Origin: Candidatus Melainabacteria bacterium 17Bon1m | GTDB taxonomy: Bacteria > Cyanobacteriota > Vampirovibrionia > Obscuribacterales > Obscuribacteraceae | DNA length: 64,000 nucleotides | NCBI GenBank assembly: GCA_032128875.1 | Contig: JAVLKG010000001.1 | Coordinates: 288,001 to 352,000 of the forward strand | Direction of reading: 5' to 3' | Shown: one piece after another, positions 1-10,154 of the stretch | Numbering within the stretch: position 1 is the first letter of the stretch | How the letters are laid out: the number at the start of each line of letters is the position of its first letter | Notes under the pieces: model-generated | Seen by the model: only the letters and a program-made list of their open reading frames with translations | Database searches by the model: none | What the model was told of the DNA's origin: nothing | Translations under genes and position numbers: made by a program

Positions 1-903
1 CGAACCTATCTGCAGGCGGATAGTCAATTCCGCAGCAATCCCAAGGACATAGACCAACTGTACGTCCGCGCGCCAGGTGTGTCCGGTGCCGCTGGTGCTA
101 TGGTCCCGATTTCGAATTTCATCACGAAGAAAAATACGACTTCGCCGCCGACGATTTCGCACTACAACATGTTCAAGTCGATTGAAGTCAACGGTGCGCC
201 CGCGCCTGGCGTAAGCTCTGGACAGGCAATTGCGGAGATGGAAGCGATTGCGAAGCGAACACTTCCGCGTGGTACCAGCTTTGAATGGACGGGAATTTCT
301 TTGGAAGAAATTCAGTCCGGCAACCTGGCGATTTTGATCTTTGCACTTGGACTTTTGTTCGTATTTCTCGTGTTGGCAGCTCAATACGAAAGTTTGATGG
401 ACCCGTTGATTATTTTGTTTGCGGTACCGCTGGCGGTGCTCGGTGCAATCGGTGCGCAGATGATGCGCGGATTGCAAAACGATATTTTTTGCCAAATCGG
501 TCTTGTTATGTTGATTGGATTGGCTAGTAAAAACTCCATCCTCATCGTTGAGTTCGCCAACCAGTTGCACGCGAAGGGTCTCTCGTATCACAAAGCGATT
601 GTTGACGCGGCGCTCACACGTCTGCGACCAATTTTGATGACGTCGTTGGCTTTCATCTTCGGGATTTTGCCGCTGGCGATTGCTGAGGGCGCGGGTGCAA
701 ACGGCCGGCACTCGCTCGGAACAACCGTTATGGGCGGCATGATTGTTTCGACAATCTTGAGCTTGTACGTCGTGCCTGTTCTGTATCTCGTCTTCAAGTC
801 AATCAAGGGCATGTTCATCAAAGAACCAAAGCTGACGATTCCACCCGACGACGACGTGAACACCAGCGTCTCCGGCGATCTGCCGAACAAGAAATTCTCG
901 TAA
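1..903 (+). CDS. RND multidrug efflux permease (AcrB/HAE1 family), 5'-truncated by window edge
   Basis: Frame open from base 1 (RTYLQADSQFR...); LAAQYES, IGLASKNSILIVEFA and RLRPILMTSLAFIFG motifs typical of the AcrB C-terminal half. Confidence 0.95.
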   Translation, partial: RTYLQADSQFRSNPKDIDQLYVRAPGVSGAAGAMVPISNFITKKNTTSPPTISHYNMFKSIEVNGAPAPGVSSGQAIAEMEAIAKRTLPRGTSFEWTGISLEEIQSGNLAILIFALGLLFVFLVLAAQYESLMDPLIILFAVPLAVLGAIGAQMMRGLQNDIFCQIGLVMLIGLASKNSILIVEFANQLHAKGLSYHKAIVDAALTRLRPILMTSLAFIFGILPLAIAEGAGANGRHSLGTTVMGGMIVSTILSLYVVPVLYLVFKSIKGMFIKEPKLTIPPDDDVNTSVSGDLPNKKFS

Positions 904-921
904 ATAGCGTGGGCGCATTAT

Positions 922-1033
922 TCGTGGGGGCGTGTTGCACACGCCCGTTTTTTATGGCGTATTGCTTGCGCCTGGGAGCGCCGGCGGCTCGCCGGCTTTG
1001 GGAATCGTGGGGGCGTGTTGCACACGCCCGTTT
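922..1033. repeat. REP-like palindrome cluster: two identical TCGTGGGGGCGTGTTGCACACGCCCGTTT (922-950, 1005-1033) around CCTGGGAGCGCCGGCGGCTCGCCGGC
   Basis: Exact 29-nt direct repeat with GGGCGTGT-tgc-ACACGCCC hairpin; related copies at about 6921-6950 and inverted at 30589-30673. Confidence 0.85.
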
Positions 1034-1120
1034 CAATTCCCGCCAGTGCTGTCTTAAGCAACATCGTCCACGCCGGGCATAACTGTTACAGAGCTTGCTC
1101 CGTCAGCGCTTCTATGAGCA

Positions 1121-1711
1121 ATGCGGTTTGATAACAGGAGGAGTGTCGTGCTAGGTCAAGGTCTATCTATCGCTGTAGCTTCCCTGCTGGGATATATGAT
1201 TTGGGAGGCAGCAAAGCAATGCGCTCGGGCTCCGTTTAGCGATAGCGAGAATTATTTTGGAACGGACCCCTTTCGTCCTCGGCAGTTAATTGTGAAGGAT
1301 GACCTTGGGGCTGCGAAGCAGAAATTGAGTAACGCTCTGCTCGAGCTCGAATTTATGAACAGGTGGACCATTCGTGAAAATGCCCCGAGAGGCAATAACG
1401 TGTTTGCGGAAATGCCGATTAAACACGGGCGAGAGAAGTTTTTTCTGCATTTAAACGCTGTCTTTGCACCTATTTCAAACGGATGCGACATTCGGTTGGT
1501 TTATCGATTGAAAGCCTACCGCTTTCCTGAGTCAGAATCGTATGCAGAAATGCCGCGGCGATTGCTGATGAGTGTTGGTGAACGAGTATGTTTAGAAACC
1601 AATTCGAAGTTGCTGAAAACCTTTGGCATGTTGGGCGAAAACGCTATGCGCGAAAAACCGTTTGACCTTAATGAGTATCTGAAGCATATGGTCAAGCCAT
1701 TCAGACGTTAA
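1121..1711 (+). CDS. Hypothetical protein with N-terminal membrane anchor
   Basis: 196-aa ORF with hydrophobic N-terminus; start may be a downstream GTG after AGGAGG. Confidence 0.6.
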   Translation: MRFDNRRSVVLGQGLSIAVASLLGYMIWEAAKQCARAPFSDSENYFGTDPFRPRQLIVKDDLGAAKQKLSNALLELEFMNRWTIRENAPRGNNVFAEMPIKHGREKFFLHLNAVFAPISNGCDIRLVYRLKAYRFPESESYAEMPRRLLMSVGERVCLETNSKLLKTFGMLGENAMREKPFDLNEYLKHMVKPFRR

Positions 1712-1796
1712 TGACTTTTGAGCGTTCCTCCTAAATACTTCATTCTCAGGGTATTCATCTAAACGTAGTACTGTCGGCTTTTGACGAGAAACTTTT

Positions 1797-2510
1797 ATGA
1801 AAGCTTGTATTTCTAGGATTTTAATAGCTGTCGCCCTGCTTTCTTGCGTGAGCTTTTCGCCAGCCTTTGGAGACTCGGCGCTGATTAAGGGTAGCGTTCA
1901 ACGAAACGTTCAAAACCAAAGCACAGCGGGCGACGTGAATACTTCTGAGACGAGGCAGGCTGAAGCTGTTCCGCAAGAAAACCCCGCCGACTCTAAAGCC
2001 AAACTCGGCGCCACTGCTGATGACCAGCCGCCTTTAGATATTCAGGCAGCGAAAGAAGGTCAAATTACTAAGGAGCTTAGAGACAAGACTTTTCAATTGC
2101 AGAACAGTCAATCTGCGATTCAACTCCAGAGCAGTCAATCCGCCGCCCAGCTTGGCGTGCAGCAGCAGTCTACGCTGCAAGCGCGAGCAAATGGCGGCGA
2201 GGAAGTTTATGGTTGCCTTGGAGCGCTCCTCAATATGTTGAATGGTGCGATTCTCAAGATTTTTCCGCAAAGCGATTTGAATAATTTAGGGGTTCAACCC
2301 GGCGACCGCATTATTGGAGTTAACGGACATCAGTATGATTTTAGAACCATCATCAAGGAGATGGTCGGAACACCTGGCACTATCATAGAAATGGATATTC
2401 AAACTCCAACCTGTGAAGTGAGACATCTTCAGGTGCGCAGAACGGACGCCAGGCTTTTACCACAGACTGGTATGTATAAGCAGCTAACTAAACGAAATCG
2501 GTTTTGGTAG
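1797..2510 (+). CDS. Secreted PDZ-domain protein
   Basis: Signal peptide (..SPAFG); C-terminal GCLGA...GVQPGDRIIGVNG...GTPGT PDZ pattern. Confidence 0.8.
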   Translation: MKACISRILIAVALLSCVSFSPAFGDSALIKGSVQRNVQNQSTAGDVNTSETRQAEAVPQENPADSKAKLGATADDQPPLDIQAAKEGQITKELRDKTFQLQNSQSAIQLQSSQSAAQLGVQQQSTLQARANGGEEVYGCLGALLNMLNGAILKIFPQSDLNNLGVQPGDRIIGVNGHQYDFRTIIKEMVGTPGTIIEMDIQTPTCEVRHLQVRRTDARLLPQTGMYKQLTKRNRFW

Positions 2511-2802
2511 GCGGCGCTGTAAACACGTTACTATTTGCCTTTGCGTCCATGTGAGGCAGAGCCGCTGATTTTTCGTTTGCTTCCAGACCTTTTATATCGT
2601 CAGGGCCTATCTGAGACACATTGAACAACTGATATAAGTCTGGCCAACATTCAGCAGCGATGAAGATTCCTGCGTTACGGGATGTGGATATTTTTTGTGC
2701 GCGGGCGGTGGCAGATTGCATGCTGCCTCTGAAATATTCGTAGCCGTCGACTTTGACTATCCACGACTCACCGTCTTTTTCGAGTGCGATTGATTTCTGC
2801 AT
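2488..2802 (-). CDS. Hypothetical protein
   Basis: 104-aa ATG ORF filling the gap, convergent with the PDZ gene. Confidence 0.5.
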   Translation of the reverse strand: MQKSIALEKDGESWIVKVDGYEYFRGSMQSATARAQKISTSRNAGIFIAAECWPDLYQLFNVSQIGPDDIKGLEANEKSAALPHMDAKANSNVFTAPPTKTDFV

Positions 2803-3033
2803 TTATCCATTCCAAAGCTAGTGGCATGCACGTGGGACCAGCTCGGGGGAGAATAGTTCCCTCGAAATAGGTATATTTAATTTTTCTGATGATTTTTCCC
2901 AAAACCATCGCAGGACCCACACCGTTTTCCCAAAAGCGGAGAGCTGAACAATAGGATTGATTGAAAACTCCTTTATATGGGAGCTTTTCCCGACTTGATG
3001 CGTCCCCCAGATATCAAGTCACCCGGAGCATTT

Positions 3034-4092
3034 ATGAGAGACATTCATTCACTGGCTGTAGGAGCCGCGTTTAGCGCGTTGTTCGTAGGTTTGACCCCAG
3101 CACTGGCTGCTGACGAGCCGCTGTCCGTGCGGAAGCAGGAAGACCAGCAAGTCATAGACTCAACTCAACACTCTTCCCAACAAACCGTTCCCACGCGAAG
3201 ACGCTCTGGTTCTTCACAGTTTGCGCTGACACTCGCCGGTGGCGGCGCCCGCGGAGCAGCGCACGTCGGGGTCTTGAAGGTGCTGGAGAAAGAAGGTTTG
3301 CGCCCGGATTTTGTTTGTGGAAACAGCGCGGGAGCCATGATTGGCGGACTTTATGCCGCAGGCATGCCCGTTTCCGAGATTGAGAAACTCGTTCTCTCTA
3401 AAGAATTCCAGAAAGCGTATTTCCCACTCAACCGCAAGGTGCAATTCTTTTCTTATGGATTCAAATACTTGATGGCACGGTCCATCTTAATTCATCCCCA
3501 AATCGGCATTTACAGTGGAAAGTCACTGAGCAAATTTGTCCAGAAGCACCTACCTCCGAACGTCAAGAACATTGAAGATACACCCATTCCATTCTCCGCT
3601 GCAGCTGTTGACTTATATACAACGAAGGCGGTTTGGCTCAACAAGGGCGATCTGAGCACGGCAATTAGAGCGAGCAATTCGGTACCCGGGTTCTATCGTC
3701 CTGTGCAAGTGGGCGAACACCTTCTTGTCGACGGTGCATTGAAGACTAATTTGCCGACCGAAATTGCAGAAGCGCAGGGTTCGCCAACTGTAGTCGGCGT
3801 GCGACTCCAGTCATACCTGGGTCGCGTTGAGAAGAAGGAATACGACACTCTCTTGGATTACGGCGACAGGCTCGCCAACATCGTGCTCGCCGGTACCGAA
3901 TTGCAGGGCGCAGGCGAAGCCGATATCTTGATCGAGCCAAAACTACCGTACATGAAACTCACTGCCTACAGGGCTGATGAGCTGCAACACGCGATTGAAG
4001 AAGGCGAGAGAGCCACTCGGAAAATTCTTCCGCAACTTCGCGAGCTGCGAAATCAAAGAGCCGCCGCGGCACCATCGGGGCAGAGTTATTAG
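3034..4092 (+). CDS. Patatin-like phospholipase (NTE/RssA family), secreted
   Basis: LAGGGARGAAHVGV oxyanion motif, GNSAG nucleophile, VDGA Asp motif; signal peptide; GGAG RBS before ATG 3034. Confidence 0.92.
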   Translation: MRDIHSLAVGAAFSALFVGLTPALAADEPLSVRKQEDQQVIDSTQHSSQQTVPTRRRSGSSQFALTLAGGGARGAAHVGVLKVLEKEGLRPDFVCGNSAGAMIGGLYAAGMPVSEIEKLVLSKEFQKAYFPLNRKVQFFSYGFKYLMARSILIHPQIGIYSGKSLSKFVQKHLPPNVKNIEDTPIPFSAAAVDLYTTKAVWLNKGDLSTAIRASNSVPGFYRPVQVGEHLLVDGALKTNLPTEIAEAQGSPTVVGVRLQSYLGRVEKKEYDTLLDYGDRLANIVLAGTELQGAGEADILIEPKLPYMKLTAYRADELQHAIEEGERATRKILPQLRELRNQRAAAAPSGQSY

Positions 4093-4110
4093 ATAAAGCA
4101 GAGACTCTCT

Positions 4111-4671
4111 CTAAACGTGGAAGTATCCCGGAACTCTTAAAATATTCGAGTCGCGTCCGGTTGGATGAATGCCCTGTTGGTCAACGCTGATGTTGAAATC
4201 GTAGGAGCGATTTGACGGTGTGCCGTCGCTCTCCACGTAATTCCATTTGTCGTTTTCGCGTCTCCACGTCCGTCCGTTTTCGTAGAACTCGGAAACGTTA
4301 CAGGCAATGTCTCGACGCAATACCGCAAAGCTGTAGATGTTCCGCAGGTATTCGTCGCGGTAAACGAACTCGTTGATACGCCCGTTTTTGTCTAACACAA
4401 AGATGTCGCCATCAGAGTTTTCCTGCTTCTTTCCCGCGTCCGGATGATTCGTGCCTGTCTCGCAGAGAAAGTTGTCAAAATAATTTCGATCCAAACCTGT
4501 CAATTCCATCGGCAACAGCACTGTTTCGCCGTTGATGACGAGCGAGCTCGAACTGTTAGTCTGGTTCGCTTCCATCGATTGCGTCGGAAACTCGCCCCAG
4601 TCTATTTTTATAGGCGCCGCTGTCTCAATGCCTTGCGGTCTGATCGAGTCGAGTCTTTCTGGCGATGCCAT
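4111..4671 (-). CDS. Hypothetical protein
   Basis: 186-aa ATG ORF with AAGG-type RBS; no recognised motif. Confidence 0.6.
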   Translation of the reverse strand: MASPERLDSIRPQGIETAAPIKIDWGEFPTQSMEANQTNSSSSLVINGETVLLPMELTGLDRNYFDNFLCETGTNHPDAGKKQENSDGDIFVLDKNGRINEFVYRDEYLRNIYSFAVLRRDIACNVSEFYENGRTWRRENDKWNYVESDGTPSNRSYDFNISVDQQGIHPTGRDSNILRVPGYFHV

Positions 4672-4816
4672 ATGACCTTCCTTGGTTTTGCTAGTAATGC
4701 GTGGGGTTATTGCAAGATAAACCCCCGCTATGACATTGGTTTGACAGTGGAAGCGACATTCTCAAGGGGAATATAATGGCTAGGCTTTGGTTTGAGAGAC
4801 GGCGAGCTATTAAGAT

Positions 4817-6172
4817 TTGGCAAAGGACAAGCACAAAGAATTAGCCAAGCTGGGAGCGGAAACGCTCGCAACTGCCTTGCTCGATCTCGCCGATTACAAC
4901 GACGCGGCGGAAGCCGTGGTTGAGCGACTTCTTGCGAGTCCAAAGGAAAACGCGAAGACTTTTTCGAAAAGGCTGTCGAGCATAAGGCGCCGACACCACC
5001 TCATTTCGTGGGGCGAAACTGGCGCCTTTGCGCGCGAGTTAAAAGATCTACTTAAGGCGTTGGAAGCTTCTGCGCCAGAACCGAAGGACGGAGTTTTGTC
5101 AGTTGCTGCGTTCTATGAAGCAGACGCGGAAATTTTTGAGCAGTGTGATGACTCCAATGGAAGCGTTGGTGGAGTGTTCAAATTCGATGCAGCCGATTTA
5201 TTTTCCTCATTTGCTTCCCGTTGCGATGACAAAGACTGGCTTCTAGAGCAAGTAATCAAACTCAATAAGAGTAATGGTTATGGTGTTCGTGACGTTCTAT
5301 TTGAAAAAATGTCGCTGTTCTTACCTGAAGACCATTTGCGCAAAGCTGTCAATCGACTGTGGGAAGAGGACAACGCAGAAAAGACCGATCGATATGGCTC
5401 TAGGTGGCTCACTGCTATTGAGCAATTAGCCTGGCAGTTAAAAGACCCGTTGCTTTTGGAAAAGGTCAAGCGCTCACAATCTAACGGTGAGCTTCCAACG
5501 GCTTTTCTCATTGATATTGCCAAACTTCATTTCGAATGCGGCGATTTGAATGCTGCACTTGAGTGGCTAACACGTTTTCCAGCGGATAAGTCGTTTAGGG
5601 TTCACGAGCGAGATGAGCTTTTAATTGCAATCTATCAAGGTCTTAAAAAGCCGAGAAAAGTTGCTGAGACTTCGTTGAAGGTTTTCAAAAGAGATCGAGA
5701 TATCGAGTCACTTAACCAATTGGTGCGCGCTGTTGGAGAGGAAAAGCGTGCTGAAATTGTGGACGAAAGTGTAAAAACAATTTTGAAGGCGCGAGAGTTT
5801 AGTACGAGCGATGCAGAGTTTCTCATAGAAACCAATCGCATTGACGATGCTGAGAATTACATTCTTGCGCATGCGACGAGGCTCAATGGCGATCTTTATG
5901 CCGGCTTACTGGACTTAGCGAAGTCGGTGTTAAAGCATGATCGTCTTGTCGCAGCTTACGTTATTTATCGAGCGTTGCTCGATTCCATTTTGGCGCGAGC
6001 TAATTCTAAGTATTACCATCATGGTGTCAGTTACCTGAAAAAGCTTGATTCTCTTGCGAAGAAGATTAGCGACTGGAAAGAGATTGAGCCACATTCCAAG
6101 TATTTAGAGTACCTGCGCCAAAAACATAAACATAAGTCGAGTTTTTGGTCACAGTACGCTCCGCAGAAATAG
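4817..6172 (+). CDS. DUF6880-like helical protein
   Basis: CDDSNGSVGGVF, GYGVRD and YRALLDSIL...KYYHHG...KHKHKSSFW patterns typical of this family. Confidence 0.7.
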   Translation: MAKDKHKELAKLGAETLATALLDLADYNDAAEAVVERLLASPKENAKTFSKRLSSIRRRHHLISWGETGAFARELKDLLKALEASAPEPKDGVLSVAAFYEADAEIFEQCDDSNGSVGGVFKFDAADLFSSFASRCDDKDWLLEQVIKLNKSNGYGVRDVLFEKMSLFLPEDHLRKAVNRLWEEDNAEKTDRYGSRWLTAIEQLAWQLKDPLLLEKVKRSQSNGELPTAFLIDIAKLHFECGDLNAALEWLTRFPADKSFRVHERDELLIAIYQGLKKPRKVAETSLKVFKRDRDIESLNQLVRAVGEEKRAEIVDESVKTILKAREFSTSDAEFLIETNRIDDAENYILAHATRLNGDLYAGLLDLAKSVLKHDRLVAAYVIYRALLDSILARANSKYYHHGVSYLKKLDSLAKKISDWKEIEPHSKYLEYLRQKHKHKSSFWSQYAPQK

Positions 6173-6184
6173 AGAGGTTGCGCT

Positions 6185-6901
6185 GTGCCGAATGATTCTT
6201 ACTTCCCGGTCGAGACATTCCCGGCAGACCGGCTCTTTGTCGAGCCCACGCAAGGTCAACTTATGCAGCTTTTGCAGCCTTACCTGCGGCAAGATGAAAC
6301 TGTTCTTTGGCAAGGACAACCGAATCCAACCATTGAGGCTGGCCGTTATAAAGTTTCCCCATTACAGAGAAGGTTTCTCTTTGCGGCTTCTGTAGCTCTA
6401 ATGGCACTGGCGACTTATACGTTTTTGACACCACCGCCGCTGGGCGTTCTCGTCGGCATGAAGTTAGCATTTGTGTTTTTGTTCGGTCTTCCTGGACTGT
6501 TTCTTTTCGCTGTTTTTCTCTCTTCGTTCGAAAATCTAGATCGCTTGGTGCCGCGGAATACCTTTTACGTGATTACAAACAAGCGAGCGATTAGATTTTT
6601 CCCGGAGCGTTCTTCGTTTCAAGAAGACTTTGTATGGAAGGTCGAGAGCTTTTATCCCCAAGAGATAAGCATTGCTGCCTCATATCAAAGCTTTGATAAG
6701 GGCAAGTTCTACAACATAAAGTTTGCTAGAGATCCGCAATCAGAAGCTGACGACGTATGGAGTGGTTTTAACAGCATCGAAGATCCGGAAGTAGTAATCG
6801 AAGCTCTTCGCGAAGTGCGAAAGCTCAATCCGGATGTTCCGAAAGGTCGGTATGACGATTTTGTTCCGCAATTAGGTCTTGAAGCGAAAAGCAAAAGCTG
6901 A
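6185..6901 (+). CDS. Membrane protein with bacterial PH-like C-terminal domain
   Basis: ETVLWQGQP, two TM helices, TFYVITNKRAI pattern. Confidence 0.65.
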   Translation: MPNDSYFPVETFPADRLFVEPTQGQLMQLLQPYLRQDETVLWQGQPNPTIEAGRYKVSPLQRRFLFAASVALMALATYTFLTPPPLGVLVGMKLAFVFLFGLPGLFLFAVFLSSFENLDRLVPRNTFYVITNKRAIRFFPERSSFQEDFVWKVESFYPQEISIAASYQSFDKGKFYNIKFARDPQSEADDVWSGFNSIEDPEVVIEALREVRKLNPDVPKGRYDDFVPQLGLEAKSKS

Positions 6902-7026
6902 GGTCGCTGTTGCCTTTTGGCGTGGCGGCACGTTGCACACGCTCGTTTTTCAATCCTGCGACTTACTGCGAACTCTCTTGTATACTGCCCGTAGTTGATA
7001 CCGCGCGCGAAGAGATTAAGAAAACC

Positions 7027-7572
7027 ATGAACTTGTCGAAGAAAGCGCAACTGCTTGCAATTGCAATCATTCAAGGAGCATTCTTTGCTAGCTGCACGCC
7101 TTCCGCAATCTGCGCGCCGGTTGATCCCGCGCAGATGCAAAAGATGATTGCCAAATCCAAGGAGCTGCGCGAGGTTCAAACTAAATTTGAAGAACTTGGC
7201 GCCGCAAGACCTTCGAGCATCAAATCGAAGGAAGATGCGGAAAACAGAATCGCTGTTTTGGACCAAGTGATGAAGGCTACAAACGAGCAAAGCAAAATGA
7301 TCCGCGAGAATGGTGGCACTGCACAGGATTTGGAAGTCTTCGCAAATTTGCAGGGCATGCAAAAACGCTCGAGAGAACAACTGCTGTTTTTGAAGAAACA
7401 TTTTGGAAATTGGAAAGTGGTTGGCGATGAGGTTGAATACACTGTTCCAAAAGCTGAACTCGACGCCTTCAACAATTCAATTCACGAATTCAATGAAATT
7501 CGAATTAAACAGTTTGACCTGCTTCGAGCACGAGCAGAAGCGCGAAAGAAGCAGAACGGCGCATCAAATTAA
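7027..7572 (+). CDS. Secreted helical hypothetical protein
   Basis: ATG 7027 followed by a signal peptide; coiled-coil-like body. Confidence 0.7.
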   Translation: MNLSKKAQLLAIAIIQGAFFASCTPSAICAPVDPAQMQKMIAKSKELREVQTKFEELGAARPSSIKSKEDAENRIAVLDQVMKATNEQSKMIRENGGTAQDLEVFANLQGMQKRSREQLLFLKKHFGNWKVVGDEVEYTVPKAELDAFNNSIHEFNEIRIKQFDLLRARAEARKKQNGASN

Positions 7573-7712
7573 CATCTAGCGCTCTGTTCGGCAGGCTGAT
7601 GTGGTGCCTTGTCATGAGTTTGTGTCAGCGGAGTGTGGGTTACCATATGAAGCCTATAGTGTGGCAGCCCTTGCGGCTCATCCTTGTAGTCATGTGGATA
7701 CAGGCGGATTCA

Positions 7713-8807
7713 ATGAAAAATATAAAGTGGGTAAAGACCGGTTTTGCGCTTTTGATGAGCTTCTCGGCTCTGTCGGCAGTAGTGCCGCCAGCATTCGCGG
7801 GTGAAAGCACGATGCCTTCATCTTGGGTCGAAAACATCTCTCCCGAGCTGGCAGCCAAATACGCATACACCGAAGATGGCGAATTTACCCAGGCTCTCAA
7901 GATTCCAACATATGAGTGGATGCCTGTCGGCGTCTCTCCCAAAGTTGTTGTTATTGGCATTCATGGACTGACTTTGCATGGACGCCGGATGCGCGTGTTG
8001 GCTCGCAGCCTCGCCGTCAACGGAGTGGGCTTCATCTCGCTGGACATGCGCGGATTCGGACGCTGCAAATTCGATGAAAAGCATCAATTCAGCACGCCAG
8101 AAAACGACCGCACCAAAATCAATCACCACAAGAGCTACGATGACATCGTTCAATTGGCGACTTTGGTAAAACAAAAATACCCTGATGCCAAAATCGTTGC
8201 GCTTGGCGAAAGTCTCGGTTGCACCTTCTGCGTTCACCTCGCCGCAGAGCATCCGGAAATAATTTCCGGAATCATACTTTCCGCGCCAGCAGTTCGTCTC
8301 AACAAGGATATGTATGCGGGCAGAGGGCAAATCGTGCAGGGTGTTAAGGCTGCATTGCTGCCGCATCACGAAGTTGACTTGACTAGTTTTTTCACCGAGC
8401 TTTGTTCAAAACGAGCAGACATTCAAAAGGAAATGGCTGACGACCCGATGGTTCTAAAAGAACTCACGCTCGAGGCGTTGGTTTCAACCGATGCTTTCTG
8501 TGATAAAACCGCTGACTTCGGCAAAGCTACTGATCCCTCCCTTGCGGTGCTCATCTTGCAGGGTAGCGCTGATGGATGTGTTTCTCCCAAGCATGTAACC
8601 GATCTGATGAACTCAATGCGTTCGACCGATCAATGTCTTGATTGGCGAGGAAACTTTGGGCACCTGCAATTGGAAACTACTTTCATGCAGGCGGAGACAA
8701 TCTCAGCGATTGCGAATTGGATGCAATCACATACCAAAGAACGCAAGGAAAAGCTCAAACAGTTCGAACAGCAGATTACGGACTTGGGCGGAACGGTTTT
8801 GAAATAG
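7713..8807 (+). CDS. Alpha/beta hydrolase (lysophospholipase/Hydrolase_4 family), secreted
   Basis: IGIHG, DMRGFG, GESLG nucleophile elbow, QGSAD and terminal His; signal peptide. Confidence 0.9.
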   Translation: MKNIKWVKTGFALLMSFSALSAVVPPAFAGESTMPSSWVENISPELAAKYAYTEDGEFTQALKIPTYEWMPVGVSPKVVVIGIHGLTLHGRRMRVLARSLAVNGVGFISLDMRGFGRCKFDEKHQFSTPENDRTKINHHKSYDDIVQLATLVKQKYPDAKIVALGESLGCTFCVHLAAEHPEIISGIILSAPAVRLNKDMYAGRGQIVQGVKAALLPHHEVDLTSFFTELCSKRADIQKEMADDPMVLKELTLEALVSTDAFCDKTADFGKATDPSLAVLILQGSADGCVSPKHVTDLMNSMRSTDQCLDWRGNFGHLQLETTFMQAETISAIANWMQSHTKERKEKLKQFEQQITDLGGTVLK

Positions 8808-8917
8808 AAAATGAGAAGGACTTACCTGAAGTTTTCAAACCGATGAATTTCTGCTGCATAATCCGCGAATCGAAATGGGCTTAATGAACCAAGTTCCGTC
8901 GCCCAATTCATGTTCCT

Positions 8918-9835
8918 TTAGAGCTTGTGAAGCAACCGAACACTTACTAGTTTCGATGCGTCGTCGATCCCGTTATCGTCAGTAGACATTTCATAAAACG
9001 GATGAGAACGATTGCGCAGTGGGAGGATATGCACAAAGGTTCCTTGCGACCAACCAAGCACCTCGACATCTACAGTATCCTCAGCCATGAAGAGCATACC
9101 TTCGAATGTTTCGATGAAAACTTTTCCATCTTCAAGTTCGCTGACAAGATCTCGACTCTCCAGTGAGTATCTTCGCGCAATCTCGTAGGCAGGTTCCGTC
9201 AATCGGCTTGGAAGGCTTCCTTTGGAATAGCTGGTGCCGTGTTTCCAATCCCATTGTTTAAAAACTCGCTTTGCCGTAGCTATTTCTTCAGGTGTTGCCT
9301 TTAGAATCACCGAAATGCTCGCAGTTATGGCACTCCGAGATTCCCGTCCATTTGTCTCCTGCTGAGTTGTTGTATTTGTGGCTGCACTCCCAGAAACACG
9401 TGATCTAATCTCCCTAGCTTTAGCTCTTAATGCTGCAGCCTCGTCATTCTTGCTCAACTTTGTCAACGCTTTTGCATAGAAATCAAGGCTTGACGCAAAC
9501 TCCAAGCTGTTAACGCCGTGAATAGATTGCAGGCAGACGCAGTATTGCCGCAAGATCGGTTCCATCTTCTCAATCTCATTTCGAGCGCTGTAAATGCTGA
9601 TTAATAGGTAAAGTGATTTTGCCTTCGCGTGCGGCGAGATTGATATAGCTAACGCCTTCAATGCAAGATTTTCGGCTTGAGAATACTCTTGATTTTTAAG
9701 TGCTAGCGATGCCCTTGATGAAAGTTCTCCTAGTTCATCTCCGTAAGCGGCAGAAGTAAAAAGTGCCAAAGCAAATAGCGAAACAGAACAGACTGCTCTT
9801 TTGTGCCACCGCGCAAATACTTTCTCGTTTTTCAC
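8918..9835 (-). CDS. Secreted TPR-like hypothetical protein
   Basis: Signal peptide; TPR-like helices (SLDFYAKALTKLSKNDEAAAL); unknown C-terminal domain. Confidence 0.65.
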   Translation of the reverse strand: MKNEKVFARWHKRAVCSVSLFALALFTSAAYGDELGELSSRASLALKNQEYSQAENLALKALAISISPHAKAKSLYLLISIYSARNEIEKMEPILRQYCVCLQSIHGVNSLEFASSLDFYAKALTKLSKNDEAAALRAKAREIRSRVSGSAATNTTTQQETNGRESRSAITASISVILKATPEEIATAKRVFKQWDWKHGTSYSKGSLPSRLTEPAYEIARRYSLESRDLVSELEDGKVFIETFEGMLFMAEDTVDVEVLGWSQGTFVHILPLRNRSHPFYEMSTDDNGIDDASKLVSVRLLHKL

Positions 9836-10154
9836 AACTGTTTTCGATTTAGAAAGTCTATATTTTTCAAACGACCATTTAGCAGTGCAAAAGAGTTCCG
9901 CTAAAAACCTCCGATGGCAGTTTCCATCGAACTTTGAGAGGCCTTTTTGATTGAGTCTTTATTTAGGGGCGCCATTTAGAGATATTCCCCTCCCTGCTGT
10001 TCTTGCAACCAGCTTCGTAGTCACCATTTGGTAGTAAATGATAACGATCTAAGATGCATGCGGCATTAGCCTAAAGGGCATAGGGCTTGCGGCGGTTAAG
10101 CTCACTCCGAATTCAGGGAATAATGACAAAGAGGCTTGGCTTACGGAAACTAAT

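Noticed and set aside
922-1033. Two 29-nt palindromic repeats as a mini-CRISPR
   Set aside because: Only two copies, and the intervening sequence itself recurs at 30589, which fits REP elements
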